64,000 nt of DNA from Eledone cirrhosa (Eukaryota): assembly GCA_964016885.1 (NCBI GenBank), contig OZ024741.1, positions 39,928,001 through 39,992,000 of the forward strand. Direction: 5' to 3'. Both the position numbers and the translations under genes were made by a program. How positions within the stretch are numbered: position 1 is the first letter of the stretch; the number at the start of each line of letters is the position of its first letter. The notes below the pieces were generated by a model that had not been told where the DNA came from, did not search any database, and saw nothing but the letters and a program-made list of their open reading frames with translations. Shown here one piece after another: positions 25,944 through 37,328 of the stretch.

Positions 25944-26606
25944 ATGTTAAATAATGATATAAATGGGACCTGCCCCTTGTATAGGAGCAAATTTTGGAAT
26001 AGAATAGAAAGAACTAGGAATAAGGTTAATAGAATAAACTCATGGTATGATAGCAATAAATACCAGAGTGTAATGTTCACCAATACAACCCCTAGAGGTG
26101 AATTAGCTTTCAAATTTAGAAGGGCCCTAGATAAATTTAAACTTAATATTAACATAGTAGAAAGACCAGGTACCTCCATAAAAACACTTATTAGCAATAC
26201 ATACCCTTTTCAAAGACCTCCCTGTATAGATGAGAAATGCATAATCTGTAAACTAATCCCCCATATTAACTGTAACGCTAGAAATGCAGTATATAGCATA
26301 AGATGTACTGAAGGACAATGCAAAGATAAGAATATAGTGTACATAGGTGAGACAGCTCGTAGTATAGGAGAACGGTTAAATGAACACTGGCGAGAGCTTC
26401 AAGATAAAAAAGAATCATCAATACTCCACCAACATGCTAAAATAGAACATAAGGGCAGATTAGAGAACATAGAAATAAAAATAGAATCTACACACAGAAA
26501 AGACGCAATGTTTAGACAAATCACAGAGGCAATAAACATAAATGAACTCCAACCAAAATTAAATAGAAAACATGAATGGAATAGCAACATCACAACTTAC
26601 AATTAA
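25944..26606 (+). CDS. PLE GIY-YIG endonuclease (C-terminal fragment)
   Basis: 220-aa ORF with VY...YIGET, R..EH, H..H, E, LN motifs. Confidence 0.88.
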   Translation: MLNNDINGTCPLYRSKFWNRIERTRNKVNRINSWYDSNKYQSVMFTNTTPRGELAFKFRRALDKFKLNINIVERPGTSIKTLISNTYPFQRPPCIDEKCIICKLIPHINCNARNAVYSIRCTEGQCKDKNIVYIGETARSIGERLNEHWRELQDKKESSILHQHAKIEHKGRLENIEIKIESTHRKDAMFRQITEAININELQPKLNRKHEWNSNITTYN

Positions 26607-26792
26607 GGACAAAATGAAAACACATACACACATAGAACAAACAAACAACCAGTAACATGTAAATAAACAAATAAAAACACACACAGACACCCGGATGTAA
26701 CACATGCGCAAACTAAGCACACAACACACACAAAAACAAGATGGCGTAGGACAGAACAAAGGAGAGACACAAAACAAAGAAAAGAATCCCCA

Positions 26793-26833
26793 GTCACTGA
26801 AGAGGTCACATAATGTGACGAAAGAACTTTGAC
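26793..26833 (+). ncRNA. Type I hammerhead ribozyme in PLE 3' UTR
   Basis: gtca CTGAAGA g GTCACA taa TGTGAC GAAAG aa CTT tgac. Confidence 0.85.
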
Positions 26834-27033
26834 AATATATGAAAAACCGTGCGGTTGTGGAACCAACCAACCAACCGGAAATTTATAAATTCTTAAATTT
26901 ATAAATTTAATTTATAATAAATTGGAGTGAAAGCAACTGGTGCGTGTGTTTCTTATTGACCCTCCCAAAGTATAACAATATCGGTTTCAACACACGTTTA
27001 CAGATAAAGAATCTTACTAAACAAATTCATAAA

Positions 27034-27145
<112 letters not shown>

Positions 27146-27148
27146 GTA

Positions 27149-27187
<39 letters not shown>

Positions 27188-27353
27188 TGAAGTAAAGGTT
27201 AAATGGAAATATCCAAGAGTAAGAGAACTCAGTCCATAGGACGAGTTTAGTATAAATAATTACAACAGTGACATAAACGGACTTAAGTTTCGTTGGGTTC
27301 TGGTCCCTAACTGATTCAGCCTGTTGAGTACCTGTTTATGTCACTGTTGTAAT

Positions 27354-27392
<39 letters not shown>

Positions 27393-27559
27393 ATATTGAC
27401 TATGTGTTGGTTGTTTACCGACACCCTAGTATGCAGGTTGGAGCACTCGACGAAGTACACTGTTGGTTTATTTACTCCGGAGTAATGTAAAATAAAATAA
27501 AATGTGTAAGTCAAACATGTTAAATTTGCTTCGTTTATTATAAATTCCTGCTATATATA

Positions 27560-27596
27560 TTTCAGTGACAGCCATTATTGGCTGTCACCTCATCAG
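27560..27596 (-). ncRNA. Hammerhead core with a long perfect stem II
   Basis: CTGATGA G GTGACAGCCA ataa TGGCTGTCAC T GAAA; stem I pairing is poor. Confidence 0.7.
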
Positions 27597-27894
27597 AGAG
27601 TAAGAATTAATGTAGAAAAAACAGGTAAACATGTTGTTGTAATGTGTTCCACTCTGTTAATTCATCGATATGTCCAGCTCCTGGGTGTGTTGTTAATCCT
27701 CAGAGGAACTGGAATCATATGAGTCCAAGTGCTGCTGACTCTACACCTTCATCAAGTGTTCAGTGGTTGACAAAATAAAATATCAGTCGTGTACTGGCCC
27801 TATTTAATGGTCTGTTCTACAACCCCTACCAAACCTTTGGCAGAGTGCGCATGGTAGAAATTAATAGTGGTTTCTAATTTAGGCTTCAGGCAAG

Positions 27895-28700
27895 ACCATC
27901 ACTACTACCACAACCATAACAACGGTGACTACAGCCAAAATCAAAACAAATTTCACCCCTGCAAGCGCCATACACCCTCCATTCCCACACACATACAACC
28001 ACCCAAAAACCACCACCACCACAAAAACAATGTTGACTACTGCAAAAATCAAAATATATTTCACCACCACAAACATCTACGACAATAACACCAACACCAT
28101 CACCACCACAACTATCACATCAACAACATCAGCACCACCACACCACCACACCACAACCATACAACAATAGCAGCAGCACCACACCACAGTCATCACAACA
28201 ATAGCAGCACCACACCACAGCCATCACAACAACACCACCACCACACCACAACACCAACACCATCACAACAACAACACCATCACAACAACACCACAACCAT
28301 CACAACAACAACACCAACACACCACAAGCATACAACAACAAATACGGTGACTCAGCAAAAACCACTATAAATCTCACCACTGTAAGCGCCACTACTATCC
28401 CCACACCTAGCATAACTACAACCACAACCACCGCCGCCACTAATACCATTACCACTACCTTTATTACAATCAACACCACCACCACTACCACCACCACTAC
28501 CACCACGACCACCACGACCGCCACCATCATCACCATCACCACCACCACCACCACCAGGACCGCCGCCGCCGCCACTTCCACGACCGCCACCACCACCATC
28601 ACGACCGCCACCACCACGACCGCCACCACCACCACCACGACCACCACCACACCACCACCACCATCACGACCGCAACCACGACGACAACAACAACAAAAAC
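27895..28700. repeat. (CAC/CAA)-rich degenerate trinucleotide tract
   Basis: Seen directly. Confidence 0.92.
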
Positions 28701-30362
28701 AACAGGGACATATGCTACATATGAAATCAATAACAAGTGTTATAATAATAGAGCAAGTGTGGTGGGGGAGGGGTGTTGTCTCTAGACTGAAGAGCGTCTG
28801 AGTAGATTATAGTATTATGTGACCAGTCTATAACCCGATAGGTTTCTCGTCGAGTTTATATGTGGGGAAAACATCTGCTGTCCCCGGGTCCCCTATTTAC
28901 TGCGACCGTTATGGAGATTGTTATCCGCAATACGAGGCCCGTGAGTTGGATTAGACCTTTCAACGCATTTCCTTTACGATTTTCTGGTTTAACGCATAAC
29001 CAGACATGTCAACTCTCCCCGTCGGACAGGGAGATCTTCCACCCATTTTAGGGTAGGTGAGAGATGTCTTCTCTTGTGAAAATCGGTATAGCTTTCATTA
29101 TGTAAAATTTCCCCATTTTGCCTCAATTCTTCACGTTTTGGGGCACTTTTTTCATGCAACTCTCCGTTTGGGATTCTAGAAGTTGGCAGGCCTGGCATAA
29201 CACATTCGCCATATTGTCAAAGGGGCAGATAATTACTGCTTATTTGTCTATATTTAATTCATTTCTTATTTTGATTAACGGTAGCTTCATAAGAGAAGTG
29301 GTTGCTTCTCTGATGAAGCATGGCAAACACTGGCTTTGCTAAACGATCGGAACTATGCTGTAAGAAATTAATAAATTAACATATATAATAAGTATTCTAA
29401 TATAAATATAGAGTTCTTCCTCTCTCGTGTACAATTATAATCATTAAATCTAAACCTAACGTATACACAAACATACACAAACATATATATATATGCATAC
29501 ATACATACATACGTACGAACAGACACCAAATGCATACATGCATGTACACATACTTAATTGCATTCATACGTACATTGACGCATGCATACATACATACATA
29601 CATACATACATACATACATGCTTGCATGCATACGTACATGCGTACATATGGGTCAATTGTATAAAGGAGCAGGTGAACAAACAAAATGAGGAAAATCAAA
29701 AGGATTGCGGTCATAAACATCGAGGGATAAACGAATATATATGTGTTAATGTGTGTGTATATGCATATGTGTGTGTATATGTGTGTATGCGTGTGTATGT
29801 GTGTATATGTGTATGTGTTTATGTATATATGTGTATATGGACGTGTGTATATGTGTGTGTCTTTATAACATACAACGACAACAAAAGAGCAACAACAACA
29901 TTTCAGCCACAGCCAGAGCAACACCAAACAACAAGAAACAACAACATCAACAAATACAACAAACAAACAAACAAAAAATAACCTCCATTTTCTGGCAAGA
30001 TCATTTAATCTGATAAAAATGTCTGCCTTCGCTAGATAATCATATAATAATATTAACGAAATCTATATAACATTTTTAAAAATTAAAAGAAACATTTAGT
30101 CAACTGCCTCTGTCACCTGCTAAAAAGATATGGCGCGTACGTAATTCCTTAAGAACCTCTTAATGGTTTTGCCAATAACTCTTTTGATTTGTTATGTGTT
30201 CATTTGGGAGTAACATGACCAATAATTATCAAATCTGTTTTGATAAGGATAACTTGTTTATCAAGATTAATTTCAGTTTTCTTATTCAAAAAGGAAGCAC
30301 AAACTACTAAGAAAAAATATGTTTATATTATTTCATATTTATTTCACACAGATACACACACA

Positions 30363-30474
<112 letters not shown>

Positions 30475-30747
30475 CATATATATATGTGTGTGTGGGTGTG
30501 TGGGTGCGTGTGTGCGTGTGAGCGTGTGTGTGTGTGTACACACGATACTCAGATGTACAGATAGACGGAAATGTATGTGTATATGTAACTATGTATGTAT
30601 GTGCAGTTTTGTGTATGAGTGCATACGTGTGTTTGTGAGCAAAATATAGAGGGGAATATAATTCCAAGGGAGTGTATATAGATATAGAGTCTTACAGCTG
30701 AAACTACGTTCGTAATATCAGGACCATACTTCCTCTAAATATATTCA

Positions 30748-31895
30748 GATAATAGTTTTTGATTTAGGCACAAGGCCAACAATTTGTGGGGTGATTAAAT
30801 CGAGGCCAGTGCGTTTCTGGTACTTTATTTTATTGACCCTGAAATGATGAAAGGCAAAGCTAACCTTGGTGGGATTTGAACTCAGAATGTAATGTGCCGT
30901 GACTAAAGGCAAAGCATGTTGTCCGAAGCACTACATATACTGCCAACAAGAGGTATTAATAATTGTTTCTAGTATAGGCACAAGGCCAGCAATTACCCAG
31001 TGCATTACTGGTACTTTATTTTATCGACCCCGTAAGGATGAAAGGCAGCAAAGTTAACCTCGGCGGAATTTGAACTCAGAATGGCAAGGGGCGTAACTCC
31101 ATGCGTCAAAGCATGACGTCCGACGTATTATTAATGATTTCTAGTATAGGCACAACACCAGTAAATCGACTCAAGTGTGTGACTGGTAATTTATTTTATC
31201 GACCCCGTAAGGATGGAAGGCAAAGTTAACCTCGGCGGGATTTGAACTCAGACCGTAAAGAATCGTAACTCTATGCTGCAAAGCATGGCGTCTAATTCCA
31301 CCGATACTGCCAATTCACCGCCCTAAAGGAGGTATTAATAATGATTTATGCCAATTCACCGCCCTAAAGGAGGTATTAATAATGATTTATGCCAATTCAC
31401 CGCCCTAAAGGAGGTATTAATAATGATTTATGCCAATTCACCGCCCTAAAGGAGGTATTAATAATGATTTATGCCAATTCACCGCCCTAAAGGAGGTATT
31501 AATAATGATTTATGCCAATTCACCGCCCTAAAGGAGGTATTAATAATGATTTATGCCAATTCACCGCCCTAAAGGAGGTATTAATAATGGTTTATGCCAA
31601 TTCACCGCCCTAAAGGAGGTATTAATAATGGTTTATGGCAATCCACCGCCCTAAAGGAGGTATTAATAATGGTTTATGCCAATCCACCGCCCTAAAGGAG
31701 GTATTAATAATGGTTTATGCCAATCCACCGCCCTAAAGGAGGTATTAATAATAATTTAGTCACAAGGGCCAAGAATTTGAGGGGAGGGCAATGTGGATTA
31801 AATCGACCCCAGTGTATTACAGTTGCTTTATTTCGTCAGACTTGTAAGGATGAAAGGCAAAGCTGACCTCAGTGGGATTTGAACACAGAACAATA
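30748..31895 (-). mobile_element. Head-to-tail stack of four family S SINEs
   Basis: About 30748-30950, 30957-31130, 31130-31325, 31755-31895; GAGGTATTAATAAT repeated at about 30950 and 31329 (TSD-like). Confidence 0.85.
31309..31752. repeat. 41-bp minisatellite, about 11 units, derived from a SINE junction
   Basis: Unit GCCAATTCACCGCCCTAAAGGAGGTATTAATAATGATTTAT. Confidence 0.95.
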
Positions 31896-31988
31896 TACTC
31901 AGATATTAAAAAGCAGAAATGAGAGAGAATTCCATGTCTTTTGGAACAATTTAAATCAATGCAATTTGAGAGGAGTCCGTCTTTCTCG

Positions 31989-32057
<69 letters not shown>

Positions 32058-32137
32058 TCTCTCTCTCACTCTCTCTCTCACCCCTCTCTCTTCCCCCCTC
32101 TCTCTCTCACCCTTTCTCTCTTCCCCTCTCTTATAGA

Positions 32138-35100
32138 TAATTTTCTTTTTATTTGCCACCAGGGCATCAAAGAGTGAGACAAGTACAATGGGGCGAGTTT
32201 ACATTACAAGGCGTCCTCAATAAGGAGGAAAAGTGTGCAACCCTTCTCCTCAGGAGCACAGAGAAGGGGTGCTCCCTTGGTCTTTCCTCTTTCTCACCTA
32301 TAGTCTGATGTAGAGTGAAGGCCCATTCACACGGGCCATTCTCGCCACTTTCACCCACCTTTCATAAAAACGACTGGGGTGCAGCACCTCTCTCTCCATC
32401 CTGATCCTTCTTCCGAAATGATATCGGAAGAAACGGACCAGTTGTTGGCCAGAGAGAAAGGTGTCTGACCTCAGTCCTTTCAGACGCGTCCACCATACAA
32501 CCTCTTTCGCCATGGCTATTACGCACAGAAACACCGCCTCTCCTTCGTTTTTGAAGAGGGGAGGCGGCTTGATCGTTATAATAGACTCGGTGGTCAACCG
32601 GATCGGTCCCACCCTTGATAGCAGTTGTTCGACATAGCCCCACAGATCGGCAATGCCCCAGCAGTGTACCAATGCGTGTGCAACGGTTTCCTCGTCGCAC
32701 ACGCATCTGGGACAGATCTTTTTCGAGGAATCCCTACCCGGGCGCCCGTGTCTGTAGAGCTTTTCTCGAACGGGCTGAGCCCTTCTGTAGCACTGCCAGG
32801 CCAGGGACCTCTGGAAGTTATCCATGGGTCCCGGGCTGCATGTCCTACCGAACAGGTTGGCCAGTTCGTCTTCCTCCATGCCTAGGGCTTCTCCGAGGGC
32901 GTCGTCGCACCTGCTAACCACCAGCCCCCTATAGAATGACGAGGTGGATTCTCCACTGACAGCCGGGTCCGCCTGCCAGAGAGCCGTGAGAGCCTGGGCA
33001 CACTCGGTGTGCCAGGCGCCCAGTTTTCTCGGTCTTTGCTTGACACAGGATTGCAGCTCGGTGAGTGAGACAAGTCTGGGAAAGGCTCGCCTCACAAACG
33101 GGGCCCACACCGGTTGACCGGTGAGGAATACCTGGAGGTGCCGTAGCCTTAATGCGTCTACGTATCATTAGCCACGACATCCCCAGCCCTCCTTTCGAAG
33201 GGTGTTGACAGCAGATGGATCTCCACACCATAGGAGCCCGCTTCTTCCAAAGGAATTGGAAGAGTGCGCGCTCCATTTTGGCGAGCGTTTCCCTTGGGCA
33301 AGGCACAACGATCAGGCGGTAGTAGATGACGGACGCTATATAAGTGTTCGCCACCTCCGCCCGACCTTTCAGGGACAGTTTGCACTCGGCCCACTTCTGG
33401 GTCAGTGCAAACACCCTGTTCGTTACCTCACCCCAGTTCTTCTCCACCTGGAATTCTGGTCCAAACCAGACCCGAGCAACTTCACCGGGCCCTCCGTCCA
33501 GCGCCCGACGACGCCATCGGAGGGTATTGATCTGCCCCTCCACGTGCCGAGTTGCAGACCGATCGACTTCTCCCGGTTCAGCTTAGCCCCTGTAAACCTT
33601 TCGTACTCCTCCAGTAAGGTGCCGATCGCCCCGATTTCCGAGGCCGTCGACACCATTACTGTTACGTCGTCGGCGTAGGCCGACACCGCTTTGCGCAATC
33701 CCGGTTCCAATGGGATGCCCTGCAACAACTCCAACTTCCGCAGCAGTGGCTCTAGAGTCATTACATACAGAATGGAGGAGAGAGGGCACCCTTGTCGGAT
33801 GGACCGCGCGATTTCGAACGGCTCCGAGAGGTAGCCGTTCACCTTGACCCTAGAGCAGATGCGGCTGCTGTGCATGGCATTGATCCAGCCCCTGAAAAGG
33901 GGTCCGAAGCCTGCCGCCGCTAGCACCGCATCCAGGTAACCATGGTCAACCCTATCGAACGCCTTAGATTGATCCAAGTTGATCAGGGCCCCACCAAAGC
34001 CGGGTTCGTTCCCAACCCTCTCTATGATGTATCGCATGAGGTGGAGGTTGTCGTGGATGGACCTGGACGGGATAGCACATGTCTGCGCATCTCCCACCAG
34101 GTTGCCCACGACAAGCGCCAACCTCTTTGCTAGCACCTTGGCCAAAATCTGTAACTCTGTATTTAGCAGAGTTATGGGCCTGAAATTATTTATATCGTCC
34201 CCCTTGTTCTCGTCCTTCCTCACTAGCGTGACTACGCCCTTGGTCACAGTACAGGGAATTCTCCCGTTCTGTTGCCAGTTGCAGTAGACCGCCTCGAGGA
34301 GATCGGGGAACAAGTTCGGCATAGCTAGATATAGTTCGTATGGAAGACCATCGAGACCCGGGGATTTGCGTTTGCCGCATTGGCTCAGCACGTCCTCTAT
34401 CTCAGCGGCTGAAATCGGCTCCTCGCAGGACTTCGCCTCCCTGTCCGAGAGACGCGGCAGGCCGTCGAGGTATGGACCGAAGTCCACATCCCCAACCAGC
34501 TCTCCGCCCCTTCCGAACAATCCGACAAAGTGCTTTTGAAAAGCCTCGCACATCTGCTTAGGTTCAAGGATCACCCGTCCATCCTGGTCTCGCAAAGACC
34601 GGATAGTGGATCTGCTCCTTCTTTTGGCTTCTGTCACGCGGGCCCAGCTAACAGCTTTGGTCCCCTCGTTTCCCAGAGCACGTATTTTGCTTCGGACGAT
34701 GCAGCCTTCGTGTTTCGCGTCGAAGAACTGGCCCAGGGCCGTTCTCGACGCTAGCACTCTGGCCACGTCGCCGCTTCTAATTGCCTCTTCTATACTATCT
34801 ACCAACTCCCTTTCCTTCCTATTTCTATTTGAGGCTAACTCCTTACTAAATTCTATAGAGACTACTCTAATCTCTGTTTTGAGAGATCCCCACCACCTGC
34901 TGTTGACGATGGTGCCCGTCAACCGCTCCTTAACTAAAGTGCTAATCCGGTCCCTGTAAGCCTTACTTGCCGGTAAGGACAAGTTGAGCTTCCAGTAACC
35001 GGGTCCCTGTCTATGCGTTCTGTCAAGGTTGACCATGCAGGTCACTAACTTGTGGTCTGAATAGCCAACCATGCGCATTATTGGACAACTTAAAAAGTCC

Positions 35101-35152
35101 TTATCCTTAATTCTAACTAAGAACCTATCTACGTACGACCTAGATGATCCAC
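32138..35152 (-). mobile_element. Tx1/L1-clade LINE copy 1, 5'-truncated and frameshifted
   Basis: SYVDRF, SDH, GYWKLN, KSPGLDG, NFRPITLLN, DQSKAFD, RQGCPLS, YADD, CPRC...H; AATAAA at the 3' end. Confidence 0.95.
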
Positions 35153-35234
<82 letters not shown>

Positions 35235-35238
35235 GATA
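35153..35238. repeat. (GATA)n microsatellite separating Tx1 copies
   Basis: Seen directly; also at 37098-37111, 42904-42966, 43142-43180, 44621-44688, 44818-44937. Confidence 0.97.
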
Positions 35239-37096
35239 ACTTTCTTTTTATTTGCCACCAGGGCATCAAAAGTGGGACAAGTACAATCGGGGGAGTTTAC
35301 ATAACAAGGTGTCCTCAATAAGGAGGAGGCAATAAAGTATAAAAATAAAATACAATATAACAAAATAAATTTTATAATAAAATCCTCCATAGGGAGGAGG
35401 CGCCTTGGGAGGTCGCACACACCCCCGAAAAAAAAGTGTGCAACCCTTCTCCTCAGGAGCACAGAGAGGGGGTGCTCCCTTGATCTTTCCTCTTCCTCAC
35501 CTATAGTCTGATGTAGAGTGAAGGCCCATTCACCCGGGCCATTCTCGCCACTTTTACCCATCTTTCATAAAAACGGCTGGGGTGCAGCACCTCTCTCTCC
35601 ATCCTGATCCTTCTTCCGAAATGATATCGGAAGAAACGGACCAGTTGTTGGCCAGAGAGAAAGGTGTCTGACCTCAGTCCTTTCAGACGCGTCCACCATG
35701 CAACCTCTTTCGCGATGGCTATTACGCACAAAAACACCGCCTCTCCTTCGTTTTTGAAGAGGGGGGGGCGGCTTGATCGTTACTATAGACTCGGTGGTCA
35801 ACCGGATCGGTCCCACCCTTGACAGCAGTTGTTCGACATAGCCCCACAGATCGGCAATGCCCGAGCAGTGTACCAATGCGTGTGCAACGGTTTCCTCGTC
35901 GCACACGCATCTGGGACAGATCTTTTTCGAGGGGTCCCTAACCGGGCGCCCGTGTCTGTAGAGCCTTTCTCAAACGGGCAGAGCTCTTCGGTAGCACTGC
36001 CTGGCCAGGGACCTCTGGAAGTTATCCATGGGTCCCGGGCTGAATGTCCTACCGAACAGGTTGGCCAGTTCGTCTTCCTCCATGCCTAGGGCTTCTCCGA
36101 GGGCGTCGTCGCACCTGCTAACCACCAGCCCTCTATAGAATGACGAGGTGGATTCTCCACTGACAGCCGGGTCCGCCTGCCAGAGAGCCGTGAGCGCCTG
36201 GGCACACTCGGTGTGCCAGGCGCCCAGTTTTCTCGATCTTTGCTTGACCCAGGATTGCAGCTCGGTGAGTGAGACGAGTCTGGGAAAGGCTCGCCTCACA
36301 AACGGGGCCCACACCGGTTGACCGATGAGGAATACCTGGAGGTGCCGTAGCTTTAATACGTGTACGTATCATTAGCCACGACATCCCCAGCTCTCCTTTT
36401 GAAGGGTGTTGACAGCAGATGGATCTCCTCACTATAGGAGCCCGCTTCTTCCAAAGGAATTGGAAGAGTGCGCGCTCCATTTTGGCGAGCGTTTCCCTTG
36501 GGCAAGGCACAACGGTCAGGCGGTAGTAGATGACGGACGCTATATAAGTGTTCGCCACCTCCGCCCGACCTTTCAGGGACAGTTTGCACTCGGCCCACTT
36601 CTGGGTCAGTGCAAACACCCTGTTCGTTACCTCACCCCAGTTCTTCTCCACCTGGAGGTCTGGTTCGAACCAGACCCCGAGCAACTTCACCTGGCCCTCC
36701 GTCCAGCGCCCGACGACGCCATCGGAGGGCATCGATCTGCCCCTCCACGTGCCGAGTTGCAGACCGATCGACTTGTCCCGGTTCAGCTTAGCCCCTGTAA
36801 ACCTTTCGTACTCCTCCAGTAAGGTGCCGATCGCCCCGATTTCCGAGGCCGTCGACACCATTACTGTTACGTCGTCGGCGTAGGCCGACACCGCTTTGCG
36901 CAATCCCGGTTCCAACGGGATGCCCTGCAACAACTCCAACTTCCGCAGCAGTAGCTCTAGAGTCATTACATACAGAAGGGAGGAGAGAGGGCATCCTTGT
37001 CGGTTGGACCGCGCGATTTCGAACGGCTCCGAGAGGTAGCCGTTCACCTTGACCCTAGAGCAGATGCGGCTGCTGTGCATGGCATTGATCCAGCTC
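35239..37096 (-). mobile_element. Tx1/L1-clade LINE copy 2, 5'-truncated
   Basis: Closely similar to copy 1; RT from RQGCPLS/YADD to the CCHC finger and 3' UTR. Confidence 0.95.
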
Positions 37097-37328
37097 CTAG
37101 ATAAATAGATATATTTCTTTATTTACCATAAAGGCATAAAAAGAAGGGACAAATACAAAGGGGGAGTTTACATACAATCGAGTAAAAAGGGTGTAACATG
37201 AAAATAATCTAAAATAACCTCAATAGGGAGGGGACGTGATGGGGGTTGCACACACCCCCGAAAAAGTGTGCAATCCTTTGCCCGGGGAGCACATGGAGAA
37301 GGTGCTCCCCTCTCCTTTACTTCTTTAC

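Noticed and set aside
30095-30135. Possible minus-strand terminal exon (TTTTTAGCAG|GTGACAGAGGCAGTTGACTAA)
   Set aside because: Too short, no partner exons or homology; expected by chance
31309-31752. CRISPR-like regular repeat array
   Set aside because: Units are contiguous with no unique spacers, derive from a SINE junction, and there are no cas genes; eukaryotic context
33423-35561. 712-aa ORF as a single protein
   Set aside because: Chance read-through from the copy 2 3' UTR across (GATA)n (YLSI repeats) into truncated copy 1 ORF2
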